Source of the DNA: an uncultured Phycisphaerales bacterium
GTDB lineage: Bacteria > Planctomycetota > Phycisphaerae > Sedimentisphaerales > Anaerobacaceae
Length of the DNA stretch: 64,000 nt
Reading direction: 5' to 3'
Assembly: GCA_963772725.1 (NCBI GenBank)
Contig: CAVYYI010000003.1
Location: 128,001-192,000, forward strand
The position numbers and the translations under genes were made by a program. Position 1 is the first letter of the stretch. Every line of letters starts with the position of its first letter. The notes below the pieces were generated by a model, which worked only from the letters and a program-made list of their open reading frames with translations, did no database searches and was not told the DNA's origin. Positions 48,730 to 59,397 of this stretch are shown one piece after another.

Positions 48730-51000
48730 TTAACCTGCTGAATCAACCGGTTTGTTCGGCTCTTTGGCCTCAATTTTTTGCTTCGGATGCTGTTTTGACC
48801 ATAACTCAACCTGCTTTTGCCACAGCGGCTTTTCTGCCGGAACTTTTATCCCGACAATTGCGTTCAGCATAACATTAGGGTCGATCCCGCCGGGAGGTGT
48901 ACTTAAATAATTATCTATCAACTGCACGACAAAACTGTCCGGACCTAGGTCCTTTTCCAGCAGGCAATTCTCAACCAACTCACTGGCCGCCTTGACATTA
49001 GACTGTTTCAGATACGCGTCGAGCAATTTTCTCAAAATATCCTTTTTCTCTTCCGGCGTTTTCGCCGTCGCAAGCAATTGACCTAAATACTCCGTCGCCC
49101 GTACAAATTCGCCCGTTTTTACATATAAATCCGCCAATTTCGTACGGACGTCTTTTAGCTTACCCTGTTTCTCTATCGACTCCTGCCGCTCCACTATCGT
49201 CAAAAATGATATATACTTCTCATCGGACAGAGACGCTTCCCATTCCGGCGAACCAAATTTCTTGTGCCAACCATATATTACTCCTGCATCCGAACGCTTG
49301 AAAATCTTCAGCATCGCAGACCCATGGCTGGTCACTTTCCGCGCCAGCTCGAACCTTTTCCGCCAGCCATATTAAATCCTCCTTACCTCCCACCTCGCCG
49401 GCAAGCTCTATTACCTTTCCACGAATTGTCGCGCTGTCGTCATTCACGAAATCTTTTCTCAGCATATTCAGCGCACTGTCTTATCTATATAAATAAGCCC
49501 GTTTACTGCCGCCTCACGAACCATATTTGCCTCTGCTCGAATCGCCTCCTCGAATAATGGCCTGAAAAGACTTATTGCCTGACTGCTGTAAGCGCTTTGC
49601 GTGCATAATCCCGCCATCAGGTTAAGCAACTCACCTTGCAACGCACTATCGCCCTTGCCAAGCGATTTCTTGTACCGCGCAGCTAACTGCCCAAGATACT
49701 TGTCGGCCTCACCCTGTGATAATCCGTCCTGCTCAAGCAGTTTTTTAACAACCTCCGCGCCCTTTTGTGCTTTCATCGGCTCTTCGGATGAGAGATATTC
49801 ACCGGCCAGTTCCATTGTCCTGGCTCGTATCTCCGGCGAAATCTTGTTCTTGGCATTCGCGGAAAGCCCGTCATGGCACGCCCCGCCCAGCGCTACAAAC
49901 AATGACATTCGAACATCCTCGTCCTCCTCTGCATTAATCTGCTCTAATAGTTTTTGAGCCGTATCCAGGTCGCCTATCAGAAAAAGCAATTGTCCTATTT
50001 TTAACCGCACATTCCTGTCCGGGTCAGAAATCATATTTACAAGAACCGGCCCAAGCTCCGCTGGCAGTTTAGGCGCCGCTCCCTTACGCCACTGCTCTAT
50101 CTTTTCCAAAGCCAGGAGCCGCACCGGCGCACGCGGACTAAGCAAATTCTCCCCCAAAAACTTACCACGGCCTGCGTCATCGGTAATCCCATCATAAATC
50201 CTGCTTAAGGAAGCAAGATATTGCTCTTTCCAAAAATCCCCCTCACTTTTCAACGCAACAATCCGTGATTCCCGCCGAACAACGTAATTCCGCAAAAAAG
50301 CATCTTGGCCCGCCCGCTGCATTTCCTTTATCACTTGCTTGCGGACTTTGGTGTCCTTTATCGCCGCAACACCCATTGATTGCAGGCTTTTTTCCGCCCC
50401 AGCCGAGACTTCTTTTACAGGGTCGTCAAGCAGCAACATCAGCTTAAAGGCCGCCCGCATATCAGGCTGCATCTGCAATGCCTTTATAACATTTAATCTG
50501 GCCGCGACCGAAAGACTCGAATCGTCCGCCATCTTTTCAAGCCGGCCGGATAACTGCTCATACCGAAATATCAGGATTGTCTGGGACGCTAATTCCGCGC
50601 TCCCGGCATTCTCACTTGTCAGCATAACAAGCAGCGGCTCAATAAAACCGTCTTCATCCTTGACATCTCTCTGCTCTAATCGCGCACTAACTAACGCCTT
50701 GCAAATCGCCATACGCGTCTGCTCGTTCTCAGTTTGCCTTAAACCTTCTGTCAAAATCGCCCTGGCCGCTGCGCTATCACTAAACAGCATCATCCCCGCC
50801 GCGTCTATACGAACCTGCTCAGTAGTTCCATTGAATAACGCCTCTTTATTTATATTCAACTGCTGGCTCGAATCCGACTCAACTGCCGACTTTTCCGCCG
50901 CACTTTCAGGCCGTGCCGTATTCTTATCTTCTCCTGCCGCCGCATGCTGACAACCAATCAGCAGCAATATTATCAGAAGATGCATACACCGTTTGCTCAT
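48730..51000 (-). CDS. large exported HEAT/TPR-like helical repeat protein; two apparent frameshifts
   Basis: Signal-like N-terminus, repeated DP/DE..VR..A units, three consecutive same-strand ORF pieces. Confidence 0.65.
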
Positions 51001-51127
51001 TTCTACCATCCTGTCAAAAAATATAACTCTCCGCATACCATCCATAATACCCGCGATATTCCATACTCGTCAATTAACTATTGTTCTTTTAAAAAAATTA
51101 TCTGCAATTTTCAAAAAAAAAATTCTT

Positions 51128-52066
51128 TTACGGCCTTGGGTGAAACTTTTTATGGATATTTCGCAGCCTTGGGTAATCCACATGCGTATAAATCTGTGTC
51201 GTCGCTATATCCACATGTCCGAGCATCTCCTGAATACTCCGCAAGTCCGCGCCTCCCGCCAGCAGATGAGTCGCGAAGCAATGCCTCAGCGTATGAACTG
51301 TAATATTTTTCGGCATACCGGCACGCATCGCATACTTTTTTACCAATCGCCAAATTTCGATACGCCCCATCTGTCTGCCTGTTCGTGAAAGAAGGAAAAA
51401 ATTTTCGCTGAAACTCTTTTCCAGCTTCGGTCTCAACTGGTTAAGATACGCCGCCGCCGTAACTTTCGTCCTTTTCCCCACCGGAACTATCCGCTCCTTA
51501 TTGCCCTTGCCGGTACAGCGTACATATCCGATACTCAAATTCAAATCCGGCACCTTTAGATTCGCCAGTTCGCTGGCACGCATCCCCGTCCCGTAAAGCA
51601 GTTCCAGCATCGCCTTATCCCGAAGATAGTAAGGCTCCTCCGGCTGCGGCGCATCCAAAAGAGCCGCCACCTTGTCCTCGCTGCAAACCGTCGGCAATTT
51701 CTGCCACAGTTTCGGCGTCTCAAGTATTGCGATAAAATCATCCTCCAGCATGCCCATCAGCCGACAAAATCGCAAAAACATCCGTATCGCCACCAGCGAC
51801 CGTTTGATAGTACTCTCGTCCCTGCTTTTTTTGGTCAGTATCAACTGGTACTTTTGAATCAAAACAGGCTTTATCTGTTTTAATTCATTGGTTTTTTGGG
51901 ACTCCAGATACTCGAAAAAACCCTTCAAATCCCTGCCGTACGCCAGAATTGTATTATTCGATAGCCCAGCCTCAACCCGCAGGTAGCTCAGAAAGTCCTT
52001 TACAATATTTCCCAGCGGCAGCGAAACTATTTTTTCAACCATTGAGGCTGTCTGAATTGATTCCAC
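51128..52066 (-). CDS. xerD: tyrosine recombinase XerD
   Basis: GLSNNTILAY, RDKAMLELLYGTGMRASEL, GKGNKERIVP, HTLRHCFATHLL, LGHVDIATTQIY. Confidence 0.9.
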   Translation of the reverse strand: MESIQTASMVEKIVSLPLGNIVKDFLSYLRVEAGLSNNTILAYGRDLKGFFEYLESQKTNELKQIKPVLIQKYQLILTKKSRDESTIKRSLVAIRMFLRFCRLMGMLEDDFIAILETPKLWQKLPTVCSEDKVAALLDAPQPEEPYYLRDKAMLELLYGTGMRASELANLKVPDLNLSIGYVRCTGKGNKERIVPVGKRTKVTAAAYLNQLRPKLEKSFSENFFLLSRTGRQMGRIEIWRLVKKYAMRAGMPKNITVHTLRHCFATHLLAGGADLRSIQEMLGHVDIATTQIYTHVDYPRLRNIHKKFHPRP

Positions 52067-52443
52067 TTGTGTATCTTTCTAAAATAGACCAAAACCACTA
52101 TAACTATCGGCCAATAAACAACATAGGCTTTACTCAAACTGACATTTAATAGTTGTTAGTTTTTAGTCATAAGCAGGCCGTTGGCTGCTCGATAATAGCT
52201 ACAATCGTTAAATTTTGCTCAAATTACACGCAAAAATGAGCGATTCTGCGCACTTTTTAACACTTTTTGGGCATAATCTTAGCAGATTTATGCCATTTTT
52301 GAACGCTTTTTGATATTTTTTTGCCAGAGGCAAAATTTTAAGGTGGGTGAAAATGTTAAAATGGGCAAGATTTAAAAAATAGAACGCATTAGGCGAAAGG
52401 CAATTTTGGATTTGCCTATGGCGGAACCAAAATTCAATGCGGG

Positions 52444-53451
52444 TTAATCATTTAGCCAGTATGAGGCGAATAACGCAAAATCCGCGGAATCAACTGTGTC
52501 AGAAACATCTATATCTGTTCCGCCGCAATTATTCGATGAACCGCAATCACTTTCCAGCCACCGCCCCGCAAAGTAACCCAAATCTTCCTTATTCACTCCA
52601 TCAGGACAGACCCAGTCCGCCGCGGGTATCTGCCACAAAAGCCGCGGATAATTCGTCCCCTCGCATATCGCCCATACAGTCGTAAAATCCCACCCCGTAA
52701 ACGACCCCTGCTGCTTCATCTGCAGCGTACTTAATCCCGTCCCGCCTGAACTAGACAATTGTCCGGAAGTCTGTGTATTCCAAAAACTGCCCAAAACACT
52801 GCCTCCATCTTTATATCCCACCAAACCACCTACATTAGATGTTCCGCTGACCCAACCTCTCGAATAACAACTGTTGATACCGCTGTTAAAGCTGTATCCC
52901 ACCAGACCGCCAAAATACTGAGAAGAACCGCTGACATTGCCTGTCGAATAGCAATTGCTGATAATGCCGCCAAGAAGGCTTCCCACCAAACCGCCAGCAC
53001 TAGAACCCGCCAGTCCGCCAATATCACGAGAACCGCTGACAGTAGAATTCTCAAGACCAAGATTTTTGACCGAGCCCCTTAAGTCAATGCGACCAAATAA
53101 ACCGAGATACTGATTGCTTCCACCATCTATCGTAAAATTAGTAATTTTAAAATCATTACCATCAAATGTTCCTGTAAATGCCGTTCCCTGAAAATTAGTG
53201 ACCGAGTTGGTATCCGGGGCAATAATCGCTTTCGTAAAGACTTGACCTTCCATATTGACATCGGCTGTCAGGATAAAGCATTTGCTGTAATCGTTAGTAT
53301 CAGCCGCCAAGGCCAATAAATCCGCCTTTGATGCGATTTGATAAGGATTATTCGGCTCACCCGTCCCCCCGCTGTATTTGCCGAGAGCATTACCACAGAC
53401 AACGCTTATTATAGCTGCAATGTAAATGATAAATGCCGCTTTTGTTTTCAC
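52444..53451 (-). CDS. secreted GLUG-motif protein with C-terminal dockerin-like repeats
   Basis: YSGGTGEPNNPYQI, FTGTFDG, repeated GGLVG, DIDVSDTVDSADFALFASYWL; GTG start after GAGGAG. Confidence 0.8.
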   Translation of the reverse strand: MKTKAAFIIYIAAIISVVCGNALGKYSGGTGEPNNPYQIASKADLLALAADTNDYSKCFILTADVNMEGQVFTKAIIAPDTNSVTNFQGTAFTGTFDGNDFKITNFTIDGGSNQYLGLFGRIDLRGSVKNLGLENSTVSGSRDIGGLAGSSAGGLVGSLLGGIISNCYSTGNVSGSSQYFGGLVGYSFNSGINSCYSRGWVSGTSNVGGLVGYKDGGSVLGSFWNTQTSGQLSSSGGTGLSTLQMKQQGSFTGWDFTTVWAICEGTNYPRLLWQIPAADWVCPDGVNKEDLGYFAGRWLESDCGSSNNCGGTDIDVSDTVDSADFALFASYWLND

Positions 53452-53552
53452 TTTTGGTCTCCTCGGGTCTTTCTCACAAAGAAACAAGTATTATACCCCA
53501 AACTGATACAGAATACAAGTTTTTTCTGCTCGATTTTCATATTTTATCTTTT

Positions 53553-53613
53553 CTTTGCTCCTTGACGCCTCTGCGGGAGGCAATCCCGATTTTTCCCCGC
53601 CAAGAAGACGCAA
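53553..53613. repeat. imperfect intergenic inverted repeat
   Basis: CTTTGCTCCTTGACG...CGCCAAGAAGACGCAAAG. Confidence 0.4.
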
Positions 53614-53708
53614 AGAATAATAATTTTGGGCTACAAATTTATTTTTCTCTTTTTTTTATTTTTAATCAGACTTGGGCAAGCTCAGTCGAACTGTGAAATC
53701 AATACAAT

Positions 53709-54578
53709 CTATGGCTCATTTTTTAATGCGTGATTAAATATCCTGTTTTTTTTCGGAGCAGGAGGCTTAAAGCCGAGACTGAGGAGGATAACGGTTGCGG
53801 GTTCAGGGACAGGTGCCAGTCCCTGGACTTCGCCGATGTACCAGGTATTGTTTGTACCATAAAAATCCTGAAGATACCACTTGCTGCCCGAATAAGCGAC
53901 ATTGTAATATTTGAGTGAATCAGGTCTTGGTGCGGGCCCGTTTTTGTTGTCATCGGAATCAGATACCCAGATGCCGAGGTAATCCGCGGGGTTACTGCCG
54001 TACTGGTAACCCCAGACGGTAATGGCGTGTCCGCCGCCTGAGGCGGTATATAACGCCAACGCCGTGCCATATCCATTATGAAGATAACTGTCGATGGCTG
54101 ACATAGCCGCTGAATCAATGTATTCCCGATGATAATAATCCCAGAAATCCTTATTTGGATGAAAATTTCCGCCTGGGACATCGACCTGTGACCATCCATC
54201 CCAGCCTTGTGAGTAGTTATACCCGCTAAACCACCATTCCCATGCAAATTCCATAATACCGCCGGTATTGGTCCAGTGGTCCTGATAATAGCTGAAAATC
54301 TGGTCGGAATTTGTCATACCGCCAGTGTTTCCCCAGCCAGTCCACTGGAGGACATTAAACGTTACCGCTGCCCAGCACATCAGGTCATCCTGAGAATTGT
54401 CGCTTGTTTTTTCAGCGTCGCACCAGGTGCCGCCGTAAGAGTTATAAAGCATATAATCAGTAACGGCCAGCGCGGGATTAGCGATTAAAGGGGCTGTAAT
54501 TATCAGCAGCGGAAATAACACACCGAAGATGCATTTCTCTTTGCCTTTTATTCCGGAAGGCTTTAAAAACGGCATCAA
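53709..54578 (-). CDS. PEP-CTERM-sorted papain-fold (IdeS/Mac-like) cysteine peptidase; frameshift in the tail
   Basis: DDLMCWAA, GHAITVWG, WVSDSDD, VPEPATVILLSLG; the basic tail LSLLLRKK is in the neighbouring frame. Confidence 0.72.
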   Translation of the reverse strand: MMPFLKPSGIKGKEKCIFGVLFPLLIITAPLIANPALAVTDYMLYNSYGGTWCDAEKTSDNSQDDLMCWAAVTFNVLQWTGWGNTGGMTNSDQIFSYYQDHWTNTGGIMEFAWEWWFSGYNYSQGWDGWSQVDVPGGNFHPNKDFWDYYHREYIDSAAMSAIDSYLHNGYGTALALYTASGGGHAITVWGYQYGSNPADYLGIWVSDSDDNKNGPAPRPDSLKYYNVAYSGSKWYLQDFYGTNNTWYIGEVQGLAPVPEPATVILLSLGFKPPAPKKNRIFNHALKNEP

Positions 54579-54727
54579 TCTTCTCCTCTCATATCAGGCT
54601 GAAACGGCACGGCAATTTATAAAGTCTCTTATAGGTCTTTACCGCGTCTATACTCAAGACAGCAACGGTTTTGTGGGGAAAACTTAACGATGGGCATAAG
54701 CTTTCTCTACATCTTCTTCTTAAAAGA

Positions 54728-54756
54728 ATCATATCAAATTTCACGAGAAATGTCAA
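54728..54756 (-). promoter_or_regulatory. sigma70-type promoter of the PEP-CTERM gene
   Basis: TTGACA-17 nt-TATGAT. Confidence 0.6.
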
Positions 54757-54818
54757 TATATTTTTTTGCCGTATAAAGCGAGGGGCACGCGGGCATGCAG
54801 ATTAGACCGACGCTGGGT

Positions 54819-55874
54819 TTATTCGTCGAGAGTCCAGTTGTATTCCATGTATTTTATGGAATAGTTTTCCACTTCAAGGAAAGCAGCATCGCTTTTAGAA
54901 CCATAGCCTGTAATAAAATTCAGCACAGCTCGTGTTATCTGGTCCTGGTCTTTAAATTTTTTGTCGGTTCCATAGTTAGCGGTAAAGTATTTTCCGTACC
55001 AGTTCGGGCTAAGCAGCGCAGAAAGATAAACAATCTTATTTTCGGTGTCGATTTTGAAAGCGTCGGGACCTGCAAGGAATTTCTTCGCCTGTTCGTCGAG
55101 TTCCTTATTGAGGCTTGAGCCGTGATAGGGCGAATTTTTAAGGGGCGGGCCTGAGACGCTTGCGCGGAAAACGGCCAAAAACACGCGCGGGTCGCCGAAT
55201 TCCTTTATGAAAAAGCGGTTCTCAATTTCCTGGAGCGTGAACTGCTCATCCATAACGATGAATTTGGACTCGTCCCATATCCCATTTATATGCCTGATGC
55301 TTTTGGGACTGAACCATTCCATATATTTTGAGCGCTGAATAGGATAATTATCAACGATAATCTTCATCAACTGGGTATTGTACACGTTAATCCAGAAGGC
55401 GATTTTATCGTTTACCGGCCAGGCTTTATATTCCTGGGAATTCAATTTAGCCTGCTCATTTGTAAGCTCTATTAGTTCGAGCCTTTTCCGCTTAAGCGTA
55501 GCGTAATCGACAAACCCCTTTTCTGTAACATACTCTTTCAGGATGCTCTTGAATGTGTCGTTAAATTTATCGCCGGAGTGCGTGGTAGTTTTAGTGGGGG
55601 TATTTCCGTCGGTATTCTTATTTGATTTTTGAGAACTGTTTGGTTCTGTATTTTCAGGTTTGACTTGCGGAGAGGATTTTTCAATTTTTGAAGTTGTGCT
55701 GTTCCCGGACTCGGCTTTTTCGGTTTTCGTATCGCCAGGAGGGTTATTGGGTTCTTTGGTTTGTGTGGAATTTGCTTCTGAGGGAGGCTCGGCCTTTGTT
55801 TTTGCAGGACGGCAACCCGTTATGAAAAGCATCATAACAATCAAAAGTGTAAAACTGCTGATATATTTAAGCAT
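54819..55874 (-). CDS. DUF547-domain lipoprotein
   Basis: Lipobox ITGC, low-complexity linker, AFWINVYN, DPRVF, YNWTLDE. Confidence 0.82.
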   Translation of the reverse strand: MLKYISSFTLLIVMMLFITGCRPAKTKAEPPSEANSTQTKEPNNPPGDTKTEKAESGNSTTSKIEKSSPQVKPENTEPNSSQKSNKNTDGNTPTKTTTHSGDKFNDTFKSILKEYVTEKGFVDYATLKRKRLELIELTNEQAKLNSQEYKAWPVNDKIAFWINVYNTQLMKIIVDNYPIQRSKYMEWFSPKSIRHINGIWDESKFIVMDEQFTLQEIENRFFIKEFGDPRVFLAVFRASVSGPPLKNSPYHGSSLNKELDEQAKKFLAGPDAFKIDTENKIVYLSALLSPNWYGKYFTANYGTDKKFKDQDQITRAVLNFITGYGSKSDAAFLEVENYSIKYMEYNWTLDE

Positions 55875-56203
55875 TTTAACCTATACCTTCAAAAATGAAT
55901 ATTTCCTAATAATTATCGGCGCTTCCGTAATAATAACGCACCTCAATATTACTGTTATAATAATGGTTTTATCGAACATTTAAAGATAAAACTTAATTTA
56001 CAGGAGGCCTCCAGCGGGCATTAAAAAGCGAAATTTAAGCTTTTCCGGTCCATCCGAACATAAGGTCGCTGTAAATTGTATAACTTTTGAGTATTATACA
56101 GAATTTCAGCGATTTAGTTGTTAGGTTTTTCAGATAAATTGAGCAAAAGGCATTTTAGGACGAATTTATTAAGTAAACAGTTCTTGTATACATCGCTTAA
56201 AGC

Positions 56204-56232
56204 TTGACAAAAGCTGGTTTTAAGAGTATAAT
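56204..56232 (+). promoter_or_regulatory. consensus sigma70 promoter
   Basis: TTGACA-17 nt-TATAAT, 60 nt upstream of the ATG at 56293. Confidence 0.8.
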
Positions 56233-56292
56233 GAATTTTTATGGTCGAGGTACCGGTTCGGTTAATGTCATCCAAATTTAGGGTATTGAAAA

Positions 56293-57416
56293 ATGAAAAT
56301 AAAAATCGGGGTCTATTTTGTTTTAGCTTGTGCGATTTTATCGGCTGTTTCTGAATGTATGGGGGTCGGAACCAGAGACATCACGGAAGTCCGTAAAAAT
56401 GCGGTGCTGAATGAGCAAGATAAACAGGTTATCGACAAATTCGTTGGTTCAGCAGTGGGCGAACTTGTAAACATCAAGGATTTCTCAACGGCGTCGAACA
56501 TACGCGGTATCATACTGGCCAACAGCAGTTCAAGTGTGGATAGTGCCAGGCAGCAGTTTTCCGACCAGTTTTCAAAATCAGGCGCAAGCATATTTCACAG
56601 GCGCTAGACGAGGCCGCCAAGCTGACGCCCGAAGAACGCAGATTCAAGGTAGTCCTCAATCTTGTGATTCTTGTGGATAGTTTGCAGGACTTAAAATTAT
56701 CGGATTTGGCCATAAAGATGCTGCAGGATAAAAATATCGCGGTGCGGTATTGGGCAGTTCACGCGCTTACCAATGCGGCTGTCAGGAAGCAATTGGCTCA
56801 ATCAGGTAATTCCGCGTTAAGTACGAAGATTACAGGGCAATTGCAGGCGGTTGCTGATGAGGTTTCGCCTGAGACGCTGGGATTGATTATAGATTTCGCC
56901 GCCGGATTAGGTGGGCAGCAGGGGCAGGAATTGCTGTTGCGGATAGCCGATTTAAGAATTAAACGGTACACAGACTGGAGTGTAAGGGATGAAATTCTGG
57001 ATGGAACTTTATTAAAATCCCTTTACTCTAAAATGACAGCCGGTGCGGCTAACGACAAGGCTGCTTTTGGCCAGCGGTTTGGGCAGTTGTATGCGTACGC
57101 GATGCAGAGATATATCAAGGGACAGAGCATACTTAATGACAGGGAAAAACTGCAGCTGGGTTCCGTGCTGATAGACGTTGAAGATAAATATTTTGAAAGT
57201 ATATTGGGGATGAAACAGGGTAAAATAAGAAAAGCGGTCGGTGAAAATGATTACGCAACACTTTCGGCGGAATACGAAAAACTGTTCGGCAACGAGACCC
57301 TGGCAGGGCAATTAACTAAAAAGCTGGAAATCGACTATGGCCGCAATCCAGACGGAACAAAACGCTCGATGCCCGTAGTTCTTCCTGAACCTCCCGCAAG
57401 GGCGGCAGCAAAATAA
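56293..57416 (+). CDS. exported helical (HEAT-like) hypothetical protein; one apparent frameshift near 56590
   Basis: Signal peptide, DKNIAVRYWAVHAL repeat-like unit, two adjoining ORF pieces. Confidence 0.6.
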
Positions 57417-57470
57417 ATTTTGTTCAGTGTCATTCTTCGCATTACATAAAAATACAAGGAGGTTTTTTGT

Positions 57471-59165
57471 ATGAAGGAACGTAAGAGCTTCAGTATATCG
57501 TTCGGGGTTATTGCCGCGGCGATGTGCGTTTGTTTTTTGGGCTGTCAATCGCAATCTAAGGATAAACAACTGGACAGGTTTATTTCGGCACATGTAAAGC
57601 AGGTTAAGCCTATGTTAACAGAAGTTAACCTGGCTTACTGGAAGGCGGCGAACAGCGGCAAACCGGAAGATTATAACGAGGTCAGCAGGCTCGAATTCGA
57701 GGTTCGGAAGGTTTACAGCAATCCGAAGGAATTCGCTTTTCTAAAAAATACGAAAGAATCCCAACAGATAAAGGACAGAGAACTTGCCCGGCAACTGGAT
57801 GTGTTATACGACTCATATCTTCAAAACCAGATAGAGCCTAAACTGCTGAAGAAAATAGTCGATTTAGGGATGAAAATTGAAAAGGATTTCAGTACTTTCC
57901 GGGGAACTATAGACGGCAAAAAAGTAACGGATAACCAAATCAGGGAAATTTTAAAAACGCAGACCGATTCGGCGGTAAGGGAAAAAGCGTGGCTGGCGAG
58001 CAAGCAGGTTGCGCCTGTGGTCGCGCCTGAACTCATCGAGTTGGTCAAGCTGCGTAATGAGGCGGCGCGAAAGGTGGGCTTTGATAATTATCATACGCTT
58101 TCCCTGGCGGTTTCGGAGCAGGATGTCAACGAGATGGACCGGATTTTCAATGAGCTTTACGAGTTGACGAATAAACCTTTTGCCGAAATAAAGGGTGATT
58201 TGGACCGTGTCCTGGCGGCTAAATACGGAATCACGGTTTCGGAACTGGAGCCGTGGCATTATCATGACCCGTTTTTCCAGGAAACGCCGCTTGTATATGA
58301 ACTGAATCTGGATGCATATTATAAAGATAAAGATGTAAAACAACTGGCAGTGCGGTTTTATGACGGTATCGGTCTGCCGGTGGAAGCCATACTCAAACGA
58401 AGCGACCTTTACGAGCGCGAGGGGAAAAACCCGCATGCTTTCTCCACGGATATAGACAGGTATGGCGATGTCCGGATACTGTGCAATCTTAAAAACAACG
58501 AGCAGTGGATGGAGACGATATTACACGAACTGGGACACGTGGTATATGATGAAAATCATGGCCGCAATGTCCCATACCTGCTAAGAGAGCCTGCCCATAT
58601 TTTTACCACAGAGGCGATTGCGATGTTCTTCGGGCGTTTAAGCCGAAATCCCGCGTGGATGCAGCAGATGCTGTCACTGTCGGACGAGCAGAAGGCGGAA
58701 ATTGAAAAGGTCAGCGACAAGTACGCCAGGCTCAAACAGCTTATTTTCGTTCGCTGGGCAATGGTTATGTACGATTTTGAGAAACAGCTTTACGCCAACC
58801 CCGACCAGGACATTGACAGTCTCTGGTGGAAACTGGTAGAGAAATATCAGTTTATAGCAAAACCGGCAGGACGCAGCGAACCGGACTGGGCGGCCAAGAT
58901 TCATTTCACAATCGCGCCGTGTTATTACCATAACTATGTATTGGGCGAACTTCTGGCATCTCAGCTTAATCATCATATTGTTTATGATGTTTTAAAGCTT
59001 AAAACGGATAAAGACGTCAGCTATGTCGGCCAGCGCAAAGCCGGAGACTATCTGCGCAAAGAGATTTTTGAGCCTTCAGCCCAGTACAGGTGGAATGAGA
59101 TGATTGAACGTGCAACGGGAGAACCCCTGACGCCGAAATATTTTGTAACGCAGTTCGTCAATTAA
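57471..59165 (+). CDS. M2/M3-type (gluzincin) metallopeptidase, peptidyl-dipeptidase-like, probable lipoprotein
   Basis: HELGH, downstream EAIAMFF, DLYEREGKNPHAF, KIHF..PCYYHNY, ATGEPL; FLGC lipobox. Confidence 0.85.
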   Translation: MKERKSFSISFGVIAAAMCVCFLGCQSQSKDKQLDRFISAHVKQVKPMLTEVNLAYWKAANSGKPEDYNEVSRLEFEVRKVYSNPKEFAFLKNTKESQQIKDRELARQLDVLYDSYLQNQIEPKLLKKIVDLGMKIEKDFSTFRGTIDGKKVTDNQIREILKTQTDSAVREKAWLASKQVAPVVAPELIELVKLRNEAARKVGFDNYHTLSLAVSEQDVNEMDRIFNELYELTNKPFAEIKGDLDRVLAAKYGITVSELEPWHYHDPFFQETPLVYELNLDAYYKDKDVKQLAVRFYDGIGLPVEAILKRSDLYEREGKNPHAFSTDIDRYGDVRILCNLKNNEQWMETILHELGHVVYDENHGRNVPYLLREPAHIFTTEAIAMFFGRLSRNPAWMQQMLSLSDEQKAEIEKVSDKYARLKQLIFVRWAMVMYDFEKQLYANPDQDIDSLWWKLVEKYQFIAKPAGRSEPDWAAKIHFTIAPCYYHNYVLGELLASQLNHHIVYDVLKLKTDKDVSYVGQRKAGDYLRKEIFEPSAQYRWNEMIERATGEPLTPKYFVTQFVN

Positions 59166-59193
59166 CAATCTTAAACTTAACATTACCGCTCAA

Positions 59194-59265
59194 TGTCATT
59201 CCCGCGAAAGCTGGAATCCACAACGGCAAATTATAAACTGGATACCCGCTTTTGCGGGTATGACA
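59194..59265. repeat. REP-like palindromic element
   Basis: TGTCATTCCCGCGAAAGCTGGAATCCA...TGGATACCCGCTTTTGCGGGTATGACA. Confidence 0.75.
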
Positions 59266-59397
59266 GGTCAAATTGAGTTTGAGTTATTCGTATGAAATTT
59301 GGGCTTATTTTTCGGATTGAACTAAGTCCTTATTTTTGTTATATTTTGCCATTTATGTGAAAGTTCAGTTAATTCTTAAACGGAGTGATATTCAGAT

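Noticed and set aside
51128..52066. Phage integrase / genomic island carrying czc
   Set aside because: Sequence is typical chromosomal XerD; no att repeats, tRNA 3' duplication or phage genes seen.
54579..54720. Riboswitch in the PEP-CTERM gene leader
   Set aside because: No recognisable consensus (c-di-GMP, SAM, TPP, cobalamin) by eye; an Infernal scan would be needed.
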